A stretch of DNA of 64,000 nt, from contig DATKSL010000041.1 of the NCBI GenBank assembly GCA_035531675.1, positions 32,696 through 96,695 of the forward strand. The letters are read 5' to 3'. The translations under genes were made by a program, and so were the position numbers. This stretch comes from Candidatus Binataceae bacterium (GTDB taxonomy: Bacteria; Desulfobacterota; Binatia; Binatales; Binataceae). Of this stretch, positions 36,852-45,527 are shown one piece after another (positions within the stretch are counted from its first letter, which is position 1; each line of letters begins with the position of its first letter). Below the pieces are notes generated by a model. That model was not told the DNA's origin and made no database searches. It saw only the letters and a list, made by a program, of their open reading frames with translations.

Positions 36852-37481
36852 ATGGGTGAACCGCATGAGAGCCGGGTCTATTCGGATCTTGCCCGTTTTT
36901 ACGATTCGGTTTTCGGACGGGTCTTCGTCGACCATGAGCACGAGGTCATCGAGTCGCTGAATTTCCGCCCCGGCCAGCAGGTGCTGGAGGTCGGGGTCGG
37001 CACCGGCATCGCGCTCGAGGCCTACCCGCCGTACGTCCATATCGTCGGTATCGATCCCTCGGCCGACATGCTGGCCCAGGCCTCGGCCAAGGTGCGCGAA
37101 AACGATTGGCGCCATATCGAGCTGCGTCAGGGCGATGCCCAGAACCTCGATTTTCCCGACAACAGCTTCGACTACGTCTGCTCCTTCCATGTGATGACGG
37201 TGGTGCCCGACCCGGTGCGCAAGATGAAAGAGATGGTGCGGGTCTGCAAGCCGGGCGGCAAGATCGTGGTGATCAATCACTTCTCGAGCCCCCATCCGGT
37301 GCTCTACGCACTGAACACCATGATCAATCCGATCACCAAGCATCTCGGCTGGACCACGCGGCTGCGCGTCAGCGACGTGCTCGACGGTCAGCCGATTATG
37401 GTCGAGCGCAACGAGCGGGTCTCGATGCTCTCGGTGCATCACGTGATCATCGCACGCAAGGGGGAGCTGGCCACCGCCTGA
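36852..37481 (+). CDS. Class I SAM-dependent methyltransferase (Methyltransf_11/UbiE-like)
   Basis: 209 aa with motif I VLEVGVGTG, post-I IVGIDPS and motif II/III. There are no DNA-MTase motifs. It starts with MGEPHE.... Confidence 0.75.
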   Translation: MGEPHESRVYSDLARFYDSVFGRVFVDHEHEVIESLNFRPGQQVLEVGVGTGIALEAYPPYVHIVGIDPSADMLAQASAKVRENDWRHIELRQGDAQNLDFPDNSFDYVCSFHVMTVVPDPVRKMKEMVRVCKPGGKIVVINHFSSPHPVLYALNTMINPITKHLGWTTRLRVSDVLDGQPIMVERNERVSMLSVHHVIIARKGELATA

Positions 37482-37570
37482 AGGGGCGTTCTCGCGATTT
37501 TGCTGTTCTCCGGCCGACGTGTCCGTCGAAGCAGAAGTTGTTGTTTCGCTGGATCGTCTTAATCTTTGAG

Positions 37571-38320
37571 ATGGACCAGCTAAAACTTATTCCCGGGCGC
37601 CTGCTAGCGGCGTCCCTGCTCGCCCTCGCCATCGCACTCCCCGCGGCGGCGACAGTCATTTATCATGCCGTGACGGTCTCCAATCCGGGCACCATCGTCG
37701 GCACCGTGAAGTTCGAGGGCACGCCGCCCCCGCCCGAGAAAATTGCCGTCACCAAGGATGTCGGCGTGTGCGGCAAGCAGGTGCATTACGATCAGTCGCT
37801 GATGGTCGGCAAGGACGGTGCGATCGCCAACGCGGTGGTCGCGCTGCCCGACATCGAGAAGGGCAAGCCGTTTCCGCCGGTGGCGCAGAACTACAAGTTC
37901 GATCAGATCGGATGCGAGTATGTTCCGCACGTGCTCGCGATCCCGGCCGGCGCGGCTATCGACGTCATCAACTCCGACGGCATCCTGCATAACATCCACG
38001 ATTTCCCGACCAACAACCGGCAAATCAACATGGCGCAACCCGGCTTCAAGAAGATGATCCGGGTGCACATCGCCAAGCCCGATATCATCCGGGTCGAATG
38101 CGACGCGCATAACTGGATGCGGGGATGGTGGTACGTCGCGGCCAATCCCTACTATGCCGTCACCGGCGCCGACGGCCATTTCGCGCTGACCAACGTTCCG
38201 CCCGGCACCTACACTATCCGGGTATGGCAGGAGAAGCTCGGCACGCAGGAACGCAAGGTCACCGTCACGCCGGGCGCGACCGTCACAGTCGATTTCACGA
38301 TGGCTGCGAAGGCGGGCTGA
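37571..38320 (+). CDS. Secreted cupredoxin-like (type-1 copper) domain protein with C-terminal carboxypeptidase-regulatory-like beta-sandwich
   Basis: Signal peptide MDQLKLIPGRLLAASLLALAIALPAAA. Candidate T1Cu ligands are H...H (ILHNIHDF) and C-x2-H-x2-M (ECDAHNWM). The C-terminus has ...GHFALTNVPPGTYTIRVWQ... The track ORF starts upstream at 37106. Confidence 0.55.
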   Translation: MDQLKLIPGRLLAASLLALAIALPAAATVIYHAVTVSNPGTIVGTVKFEGTPPPPEKIAVTKDVGVCGKQVHYDQSLMVGKDGAIANAVVALPDIEKGKPFPPVAQNYKFDQIGCEYVPHVLAIPAGAAIDVINSDGILHNIHDFPTNNRQINMAQPGFKKMIRVHIAKPDIIRVECDAHNWMRGWWYVAANPYYAVTGADGHFALTNVPPGTYTIRVWQEKLGTQERKVTVTPGATVTVDFTMAAKAG

Positions 38321-38330
38321 TCGGTCGACG

Positions 38331-38693
38331 ATGGGCAAGGCGGACGATAGCCGGGTGGAGAAGCTCGAGCGTCTCGAAGTCGCTGCCGCGGCGCCCGAGG
38401 CCGCCGCTGCGACCTATGAGCGGAACTTCGGCTTCAAAATCCGGAACGCAGGACCCGGCGAGGCGATCGTCGAGGTCGGTGACGCCGAGATTCGCCTGCG
38501 CGCCGCGGGCTCGGAGCGCGAAGGGCTGACGGCGCTGCGGCTGGTTGCCGACGACCTCGATCGACTCATCGACGTACTACGAAGCGCCGGCATCGAGTGC
38601 GAAGCGGTGAATGAGGACGGGCTGAGGGCCATCAGCATCCCGACGCGCTTCACCGGCAACGTCCCGCTCACGATCATCGAACGAAAATCGTAA
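38331..38693 (+). CDS. Hypothetical small protein (possible glyoxalase/VOC-like fold)
   Basis: 120 aa with high GC3. No clear motif. Confidence 0.35.
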   Translation: MGKADDSRVEKLERLEVAAAAPEAAAATYERNFGFKIRNAGPGEAIVEVGDAEIRLRAAGSEREGLTALRLVADDLDRLIDVLRSAGIECEAVNEDGLRAISIPTRFTGNVPLTIIERKS

Positions 38694-38715
38694 AGCGCTA
38701 CTGCGCGGCCGCTGG

Positions 38716-39225
38716 CTACTTCGCGGTTATCGCGTCGACGTCGACCTCGAGCTTCATCGGCGGCCAGGCGAGCCGATTGATTATCAACAGCGTCTCGGCC
38801 GGCAGTTTCGCGTCGGCCGCCTTGAAGGCCTTGTTACGGCAGGCGATATAGGCGCCGATATTGCGCGCGCTGGTCAGGTAGGAAGTCATCTTGGTGATGT
38901 CCTTCAGGCTCGCGCCGTTGTAGCCGAGCACGCGCCCGATCTTCTCGAAGGTGTATTTGCATTGCCCGTCGAAATTTTTGGGCGATCGGATCGCGCCGGC
39001 TTTGCCATGCTCGTCTTCGGCGCCGATGCCGCCCAGGTAGATCAGCTTGCCGTTGCCGAAGCCGGTCACGGTCACCGCCTCGGCGAACAGACCCTTGGTC
39101 CATTCGCTGTAGTTGTAGTAGTGCTTGTCGATTTTCGCCGGCGCGGCCTGGCCGAAAGATAGCGAGGCCAGGCCCAGCAAAGCACAAAAGAAGGTCAGTA
39201 TCGCAACTGAAGTGGATTTCGCCAT
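38716..39225 (-). CDS. Secreted RidA/YjgF/Endoribonuclease-L-PSP family protein
   Basis: MAKSTSVAILTFFCALLGLASLSFGQA is a signal peptide, followed by a RidA-like core (…TGFGNGKLIYLGGIGAED…ASLKDITKMTSYL…). A GGGAGG RBS precedes it. The track ORF extends to 39321. Confidence 0.6.
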   Translation of the reverse strand: MAKSTSVAILTFFCALLGLASLSFGQAAPAKIDKHYYNYSEWTKGLFAEAVTVTGFGNGKLIYLGGIGAEDEHGKAGAIRSPKNFDGQCKYTFEKIGRVLGYNGASLKDITKMTSYLTSARNIGAYIACRNKAFKAADAKLPAETLLIINRLAWPPMKLEVDVDAITAK

Positions 39226-39351
39226 GTTCGCCTCCCGGCTTTCGGAGCTTCCCGGCCGCGGCTGAAAATAGCCGGGCCGATGCCGGTCGGCGATATTAGG
39301 CGGACGCTGGTCCAGTGACAAGCGCCGTGACTGCCGAGAGGGAACCGCGCC

Positions 39352-39579
39352 TCAGTTCAGCACGCGCGCCTGGCGATTCGGCCCGTCGCCGTTGACGAGT
39401 CGCGTTCGCAACCCATCGGGCGAGTCCCGCAGCGCATCAAGGCTCGAGTAGACCGCCTCGCGCGGCGCCGGGCAGTTTTCGACCAGATGCCGCGGGCTGT
39501 GGATACAGATGTGATCGGGATGCAGGGTCGCTCGGGGATCCCATTCCTGGAGCATGTCCAGAGCATGATGGAGCCGCAT
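39352..39579 (-). CDS. Hypothetical 75-aa protein
   Basis: High GC3 ORF in the long divergent intergenic region. No recognisable motif. Confidence 0.25.
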   Translation of the reverse strand: MRLHHALDMLQEWDPRATLHPDHICIHSPRHLVENCPAPREAVYSSLDALRDSPDGLRTRLVNGDGPNRQARVLN

Positions 39580-39853
39580 AATTATTCCATTTCCATCCTG
39601 ATGATCTCTCCCCTCGCAAAGCTAAAGACGTAATTCGCCGGGAACGGTTACAGAGTATCTGCGTCGCGCCTCGGTTAGCAGTCGCGATGCCACCAGCATC
39701 CGCAACCGCCGACCCTTCGTGCGTCTGCTAGCCGAAACGTGTAAAAGCAACAGTCAAATAAAAACATCTTGCCTCACATTGTGATCGCTGCAAATCTCAT
39801 CAAAGGTCACGCGATACTCCTTCATGCCGTGTGATCCTTCAGGGGGAACCAAC

Positions 39854-41383
39854 ATGCGGGCGAAACCGTCTTCCACCACTATTGCCACTGCTATGGCTGC
39901 GATCGTCGGCGCGTTGCTGGCAGTTACCATCGCCTCGCCGAGCTACGCGGCTACGTTCACGGTCTGCGCAAGCGGATGCGACTACACCACGATTGCGGCA
40001 GCCATCGCGGTGGCAAACTCCGGCGATACCATCAGCATCACCGACGCGACTCACAACGAAGCGAACATCACGGTCGATAAGAACCTGACGATCGAGGGGC
40101 AGGGCGCCGCCAACACGGCCATCGATGGCGGTGGCGGTGGCGGTGGTAACGGCCCGATATTTACCGTCGGCAACGGCGTCACCGCCACGTTCCAGGAGCT
40201 GACCATCCGCAACGGTTCCTATGCGGTCGGCGGCGGTATCTTGAACTTCGGCACGGTCACGATCAGCGACAGCGCGCTCTCGGGCAACTCGGCTTACTAC
40301 GGCGGCGGCATCTTCAACCTCGGTACCGCGACGATCAGCGACAGCACACTCTTGGGCAACTCCGCTACCTACTCCGGCGGCGGTATCTACAGCGGCGGCA
40401 CGGTGACGATCAGCAACAGTACGCTCTTGGGCAACTCCGCTACCTACCTCGGCGAGGGCGGCGGCATTTTCAGCTACGGCACGTTAACGATCAGCAACAG
40501 CACGCTCGCGGACAACTCCGCTACCTACTCCGGCGGCGGCGTCTTCAATGGCGGTGACACGGCCACGATCAGCAACAGTACGCTCTCGGGCAACTCGGCT
40601 ACCTACTCCGGCGGCGCACTCGAAGACGATTACCCTGGCACCACCACCACCGTAAACAACTCGGTATTGGCGGGCAGCACTTCGGGAGAAAACTGCGGAG
40701 CATCGGATGGGGGGACCGCGGCTGACGGCGGCTACAACATCTCGGATGACGGTTCGTGCGGATTCGGCGCCAGCGTCGGCGCCAACGGCCAGTCCATCGG
40801 GGATAACGTCGATCCGCTGCTCAGCCCCAGTGGCCTGCAAGACAATGGCGGCCCCACCCAGACCATCGCGCTTCAGGCCAACAGCCCCGCGGTTAACGCG
40901 GTGCCGCTGGCTGATTGCCCGGCCACCGACCAGCGCGGCGCCACGCGTCCCGACAATGGTGAATCAGCGTGCGACATCGGCGCCTTCGAACTGGCAGACC
41001 AGACGCCCTTTGCGAACTTCAGCGGCAAGCTTGAGGTTACCGTTTCGACCGGCAGCTTCGATCTAAACTCGAGCTTCACGCTGGGCGCCGGAAGCGACGG
41101 TATCGATCCTTCAGCGGAGGACGTAACGCTGCAGATTGGACCCTACTCGGTGACCATTCCGGCCGGCTCCTTCACGCAAAATAAGAAAGGCGCTTACGTT
41201 TATTCGGGAACCATCGACGGTGTCGCGCTGCAACTCAGAATTAATCCTGCGGGCGGCGGCAGCTATACGCTGCAGGCTGAAGGCAGCGGGGCGAGTCTCG
41301 ACGGCATCGGCAATCCGGTTACCGTAACGCTGACTATCGGCAATGATGCCGGCAGCACCCAAATCACCGCTGGCATCAGCTGA
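39854..41383 (+). CDS. Secreted right-handed parallel beta-helix repeat protein (choice-of-anchor/pectate-lyase-fold-like) with tandem 23-24 aa repeats
   Basis: Signal peptide MRAKPSSTTIATAMAAIVGALLAVTIASPSYA. Repeats TISNSTL(L/S)GNSATYSGGG(I/V)... occur at least 6 times. A Gly run G7 is present. The C-terminal domain is predicted beta-rich. An AGGGGGA RBS precedes it. The track ORF starts at 39824. Confidence 0.65.
   Translation: MRAKPSSTTIATAMAAIVGALLAVTIASPSYAATFTVCASGCDYTTIAAAIAVANSGDTISITDATHNEANITVDKNLTIEGQGAANTAIDGGGGGGGNGPIFTVGNGVTATFQELTIRNGSYAVGGGILNFGTVTISDSALSGNSAYYGGGIFNLGTATISDSTLLGNSATYSGGGIYSGGTVTISNSTLLGNSATYLGEGGGIFSYGTLTISNSTLADNSATYSGGGVFNGGDTATISNSTLSGNSATYSGGALEDDYPGTTTTVNNSVLAGSTSGENCGASDGGTAADGGYNISDDGSCGFGASVGANGQSIGDNVDPLLSPSGLQDNGGPTQTIALQANSPAVNAVPLADCPATDQRGATRPDNGESACDIGAFELADQTPFANFSGKLEVTVSTGSFDLNSSFTLGAGSDGIDPSAEDVTLQIGPYSVTIPAGSFTQNKKGAYVYSGTIDGVALQLRINPAGGGSYTLQAEGSGASLDGIGNPVTVTLTIGNDAGSTQITAGIS
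40270..40630 (+). repeat. Intragenic approximately 69-72 bp tandem DNA repeats encoding the beta-helix coil units
   Basis: ACGATCAGCAACAGYACGCTCTTGGGCAACTCCGCTACCTACTCCGGCGGCGG... recurs with a few substitutions. Confidence 0.7.
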
Positions 41384-41412
41384 CGGCAGGGTTGGTTATC
41401 TTATCGCTGCCG

Positions 41413-42171
41413 TCACAGCTCGCTGATAAAGGCGGCGCGGACGGCGGTTTCGAGCCGGCTGGTCAGGGCGAAGCGATCGGCGCTCTTGAGCTCGCGGGTT
41501 TCGATCGGCGTGCCGATTCTTATCCGGATGCGCCGGCCGGGCACCACCACTTTCGCGCCGCGCGGAAAAATCGCCGCGCTGCCGCTGATCGCGATCGGAA
41601 TACACGGTCGCCGGGTCGCGATCGCAATCCAGGCCGCGCCGTCGTTGAACTCGTGCACCTGGTTGTCCGAAAAGCGCGTCCCCTCGGCGAACACGCACAG
41701 GTTGTAACCCATCCGCGAGACCTCGATCGCGCGCCGAATCGCGTTGCCGCCGCGCTGCCGATCGACGAAAACGTGCCCCGAGCGCCCCATCGCATAGCCG
41801 ACCAGCGGCACCTTCTTCAGCTCCCGCTTGGCCACGAAGCGCGTTTCGCCCGGGATGTAGGCCAGAATCGCGAAGATGTCGAACATGCTCTGATGGTTCG
41901 AGACCATCACGAACGTTCCGATGCCGGCGAGATTCTCGAGCCCTTCGATCTCCACCCGTAAACCGCAGGTCCGGATGATCAGCCAGCCCCACAGCCGCCC
42001 GATATGGGTGACTGCGTGGCCGTCGAAGAACGGCGCGGTGAGGGCGGCGGGAATCGACAGCACGGCGGTATAGAGCACCGCCATCGCGACCCCGATCGCA
42101 CCCCACAGCCAATTGAAGATGCCGGCGCGCGGGGCGGCGGCAGAATCGCGGGCGTCAGCTCGAACGGCCAT
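41413..42171 (-). CDS. plsC: Lysophospholipid (1-acyl-sn-glycerol-3-phosphate) acyltransferase, PlsC family
   Basis: HX4D motif VSNHQSMFDIF and FAEGTR...; MAVRADARD... starts at 42171. The track ORF extends to 42324 through a low-complexity leader. Confidence 0.7.
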   Translation of the reverse strand: MAVRADARDSAAAPRAGIFNWLWGAIGVAMAVLYTAVLSIPAALTAPFFDGHAVTHIGRLWGWLIIRTCGLRVEIEGLENLAGIGTFVMVSNHQSMFDIFAILAYIPGETRFVAKRELKKVPLVGYAMGRSGHVFVDRQRGGNAIRRAIEVSRMGYNLCVFAEGTRFSDNQVHEFNDGAAWIAIATRRPCIPIAISGSAAIFPRGAKVVVPGRRIRIRIGTPIETRELKSADRFALTSRLETAVRAAFISEL

Positions 42172-42214
42172 CGGGGGGATTATACGGTAAACTGTGACGT
42201 CTGGATGATCGGTA

Positions 42215-42769
42215 GTGTCTGCGATCGACAAATGGATGATTGCGCTGGTGGCGCTGGTGGCGCTGGTGGCGCTGTTGGCCTGCGGGTCTGCGGCCTGGGC
42301 CGAAACCGGCGGGACTGTTGCCAACGACGCCTGCCCCGCAATCAGCCGCTCGGTCAGCCGCCTGGCCGCCGCCGAGCATCAGCAGGCCTTTGCACTCGAG
42401 CTCTATTCCAAGGCGGCCGGCGCTCCGGGGCCTCATCGCGGCGCGCTGCCGATGGTCGAGGTGCGGCTGGCCGAGATGCTGGCGCGGGCCGACGAGCTTC
42501 GCACCACGCTTCGACGGGTGCGCGCGGAGCCGGGGGCACTCGGCGATGCGACGGTCGGGGAATGCGTGACAGTGGGCGAGGCGGCGCTTAGGCAGAGCGA
42601 GCAAGTGAGCTCGGAGGTGGAGCGGATCGTGATCGAGGGGCGCAGCTATGCGCCGAACAACGCTACTCCGGGAGCCGTCAGGTCGGCCGCGCCTGTGGCG
42701 CGTGGGTCGTCGTCGTCGTCGCCGGGCTCAGTTTCGGCGCCCGCGCCGCCCGGCGCCGCGGTACGATGA
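42215..42769 (+). CDS. Hypothetical lipoprotein
   Basis: Signal peptide with lipobox LLAC|GS and high GC3. The N-terminus is encoded by the tandem nonamer GCGCTGGTG x3. The 3' end overlaps the convergent FTR1 gene by about 90 nt. Confidence 0.4.
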   Translation: MSAIDKWMIALVALVALVALLACGSAAWAETGGTVANDACPAISRSVSRLAAAEHQQAFALELYSKAAGAPGPHRGALPMVEVRLAEMLARADELRTTLRRVRAEPGALGDATVGECVTVGEAALRQSEQVSSEVERIVIEGRSYAPNNATPGAVRSAAPVARGSSSSSPGSVSAPAPPGAAVR

Positions 42770-43541
42770 ACGCCGCGGCGGCAATCGAAAGCAGTATCGC
42801 CTGGGCCACGATGGTCTGTACGGTCGGGAACAGCCCCAGCACCTGGATAGTCGGCACATGCGCGATAAACGTCGCCGCGATCCATCCCGATTCCTGGAAG
42901 CTCGCTACCCCCTGCCCGACGAATACCACCGCCAGGCCATAGAGCAGCACCGTGGTGGCCGAGAAGAACGATCCAATCGGGATCCGGATGGCGGCGCGCG
43001 TCAGAACCAGGAAGACGATCGCCAGCGCGACGAAACCGGCCGCCACTCCCGCCATCACTGCATGCTTCTCGGGGGTGGCCGTAGCCCCGGCGACCAGCGC
43101 CTGGAAGAAGACGATAGTCTCGGCGCCCTCGCGCATCACGGCCAGAAAAGCCGTCAAGCCCAGCGCGACCGACGGCAGCATGCTCTCCCGGGCGGTCCGA
43201 ATCTGCGATCGTATAAAGCCCATCCATTGTTCGGCCTGGGCTTTCGAGGTCAGCCACGAGCTGACGTAAAAGAGCGTGGCGGCGGCAAAGATTTGGAAGA
43301 TGCCTTCGAGCGTATCGCTGGTGTTATCGGCCAGGAAATGATTGACCGACCAGGCCAGCCCGGCGCTGACCACGATCGCAATCGCGGCGCCGGCGTAGAT
43401 ACCGCGCGCCTTGCCGCTCTCGCCGGCCTCGCGGGTGCCGGCCACCAGCGCGATGACGACGATCAGGGCTTCGAAGCCCTCACGAAACAGGATGCCGAAG
43501 GAATAGAGAAAATAGGGTAGAACGGTCGATGAGCCGGTCAT
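42678..43541 (-). CDS. FTR1/EfeU-family high-affinity iron permease
   Basis: 287 aa with 7 TM helices and two REGxE motifs (REGFEA, REGAET). The C-terminus is Thr/Pro-rich. Confidence 0.75.
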   Translation of the reverse strand: MTGSSTVLPYFLYSFGILFREGFEALIVVIALVAGTREAGESGKARGIYAGAAIAIVVSAGLAWSVNHFLADNTSDTLEGIFQIFAAATLFYVSSWLTSKAQAEQWMGFIRSQIRTARESMLPSVALGLTAFLAVMREGAETIVFFQALVAGATATPEKHAVMAGVAAGFVALAIVFLVLTRAAIRIPIGSFFSATTVLLYGLAVVFVGQGVASFQESGWIAATFIAHVPTIQVLGLFPTVQTIVAQAILLSIAAAAFIVPRRRAARAPKLSPATTTTTHAPQARPT

Positions 43542-43741
43542 AGTTGATCGTTTGTGATTTTGAGAACTATTCTCAACTAGAGATTAGGACGTCATCGGCG
43601 ACACTGTCAAGCGGCGGTAATCGCGAGCTCGCCCGGCCTCGTCGCCTTGCCGTCCGAGGCCCGGCTGGGGTAGCTTCGATAATGAAGCGCGGGCTCGCCA
43701 GGCTGGGGCTCCCGCTTCAATTTTTTTTGGCGACGGTGGTC

Positions 43742-44608
43742 ATGATCGAAACGCTGGGCGTAGTCGGTGCGGGTCAGATGGGCGCGGGAATCGCGCAGGT
43801 CGCGGCACAGGCCGGAATCGAGGTCATCCTGAGCGAGGTCTCGGAGGAGCTGTGCCGGCGCGGAATCGACGGTATCCGGCGCAATCTCGATCGCGCGGTC
43901 GAACGCGGACGGATGGCGGCCGGTGAGCGCGAGGCAACCATGGCCCGGCTGCGCCCGAGTGCGCAGCTCGAGGGACTGGCCACGTGCGAGTTCGTAATCG
44001 AGGCGATTATCGAACGCGAAGAGGCCAAGCTCGCGCTGTTCCGCCGGCTCGACCAAATCTGCCCACCCGAGGCGATCCTGGCCTCCAACACCTCGTCGAT
44101 CTCGATCACCCGGATGGCGGCGGCAACGCGCCGGCCCGAGCGCTTTATCGGCATGCACTTCATGAACCCGGTGCCGGTTATGAAGCTGGTGGAAATCGTG
44201 CGCGGCCTGACCACCTCCGAGGAGACGCTGGCCGCCACGCGCGAGCTCGCGGCGCGGCTCGGCAAGCAGATCATCACCGTCCAGGACGCGCCGGGGTTTG
44301 CGGTTAATCGGGTCCTGCTGCCGATGATCAACGAAGCGATTTTCGCCCTGCAGGAAGGGGTGGCGAGTGAGGCCGATATCGACCTCGGGATGAAACTCGG
44401 CACCAATCATCCGCTGGGACCGCTGGAGCTGGCCGACCTGATCGGACTCGACACCTGTCTCTATATTATGGAAGTGCTGCATGCGGGGCTGGGCGAGGAC
44501 AAGTATCGTCCCTGTCCGCTGCTGCGCAAGTACGTTGACGCGGGTTTCCTGGGACGCAAGAGCGGGCGCGGATTTTACGTCTACGATCGCGGCGGCAGCG
44601 GGCGGTGA
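43742..44608 (+). CDS. hbd: 3-hydroxyacyl-CoA (3-hydroxybutyryl-CoA) dehydrogenase
   Basis: MIETLGVVGAGQMGAGIAQVAA... (Rossmann GxGxxG), with a C-terminal 3HCDH domain. The track ORF starts at 43544, and an alternative ATG is at 43682. Confidence 0.8.
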   Translation: MIETLGVVGAGQMGAGIAQVAAQAGIEVILSEVSEELCRRGIDGIRRNLDRAVERGRMAAGEREATMARLRPSAQLEGLATCEFVIEAIIEREEAKLALFRRLDQICPPEAILASNTSSISITRMAAATRRPERFIGMHFMNPVPVMKLVEIVRGLTTSEETLAATRELAARLGKQIITVQDAPGFAVNRVLLPMINEAIFALQEGVASEADIDLGMKLGTNHPLGPLELADLIGLDTCLYIMEVLHAGLGEDKYRPCPLLRKYVDAGFLGRKSGRGFYVYDRGGSGR

Positions 44609-44868
44609 GCAGCGCCGGCGCGAAGGAGGGCGCGACCGTGGTGAAGGCATTTATTTTAATCGACACCTCGCCGGGCAAAGCCAGGGAAGTTACCACCAGG
44701 ATCCGGCAGGTCGCCGGCGTCTCGGCGGCCCATGCCGTGACCGGGCCGCACGACATCATCGCGGTGGTCGAGGCCGCCGACGTCTCGGCGCTGGGCGAGC
44801 TGGTGGTGCAGAAAATCCAGAGCGTGACGGGCGTCAATCGCAGCCTGACCTCGATCGTCGCCGATTGA
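44605..44868 (+). CDS. Stand-alone Lrp/AsnC ligand-binding (RAM) domain protein
   Basis: 87 aa: …KAFILIDTSPGKAREVTTRIRQVAGVSAAHAVTGPHDIIAVVEAADVSALGELVVQKIQSVTGV… matches an AsnC_trans_reg C-terminal domain. Confidence 0.55.
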   Translation: MSSAGAKEGATVVKAFILIDTSPGKAREVTTRIRQVAGVSAAHAVTGPHDIIAVVEAADVSALGELVVQKIQSVTGVNRSLTSIVAD

Positions 44869-44997
44869 CTCGCGCCGTCCCCTCCTGTTTACCGATGGCG
44901 ACGACCTAACTTGCAGGGCCTTTGCCACACGCTTAGGGTGGAGGGATGGCGGCGCCGTCAGCGACGGGCCGGCGACGGTTGAAGAAGATGATTTGCG

Positions 44998-45504
44998 ATG
45001 CCTGAGCTACCGGTAATCAAACGGCTGCGCAAGGAGCTGGAGACGCTCAAGCGCGAGCTGACCGTCGAGCTGCCCAAGGAGCTGGAGCGCGCCCGCGCCC
45101 ACGGCGATCTGTCGGAAAACGCCGAATGGGCGATGGCCAAGCAGCGCCAGGAATTCCTGCGCGCCCGGGTCTCCAACCTCGAGGCCCGCATCGCCGAGCT
45201 CTCGATGATCAATCTCGATTCCATCCCGCACGACACGGTCGGCCTCGGCAGCCGGGTCGAGCTCGAGGATCTCGACGAGGGCAACCATATCGCCTACGAG
45301 ATCGTGGTGCCCGAAGAGGTCGACGGCTCGCTTAACCGCATCTCGCTGTCCTCGCCGCTGGGCCGCGCGCTGCTGGGCAAGGCCGGCGACGACGATATCG
45401 AGGTCCAGACGCCCAAGGGCAAGCGCTCCTACCTGATCCGCAAGCTGGTCACGATCCACGAGCTGCTGGTCGTCGCCGACAGCAACGGCGAACGCCAGAG
45501 CTGA
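44998..45504 (+). CDS. greA: Transcription elongation factor GreA
   Basis: 168 aa. An N-terminal coiled-coil with acidic tip (…AHGDLSENAEW…) is followed by a C-terminal FKBP-like domain. Confidence 0.85.
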   Translation: MPELPVIKRLRKELETLKRELTVELPKELERARAHGDLSENAEWAMAKQRQEFLRARVSNLEARIAELSMINLDSIPHDTVGLGSRVELEDLDEGNHIAYEIVVPEEVDGSLNRISLSSPLGRALLGKAGDDDIEVQTPKGKRSYLIRKLVTIHELLVVADSNGERQS

Positions 45505-45527
45505 GCGTCGCTCGACGGCGTCCCCCC

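Noticed and set aside
36852-37481. Methyltransferase next to the HTH gene as a restriction-modification or defence module
   Set aside because: It is a 209-aa small-molecule class I SAM MTase (UbiE/Methyltransf_11-like) with no DPPY/NPPY or cytosine-MTase motifs, and no nuclease partner is present.
39854-41383. Repeat-rich beta-helix gene as a mobile-element or RHS/toxin-type polymorphic locus
   Set aside because: There is no RHS/YD repeat, no C-terminal toxin domain, and no immunity-gene-like downstream ORF. The repeats are the structural coil units of a beta-helix.
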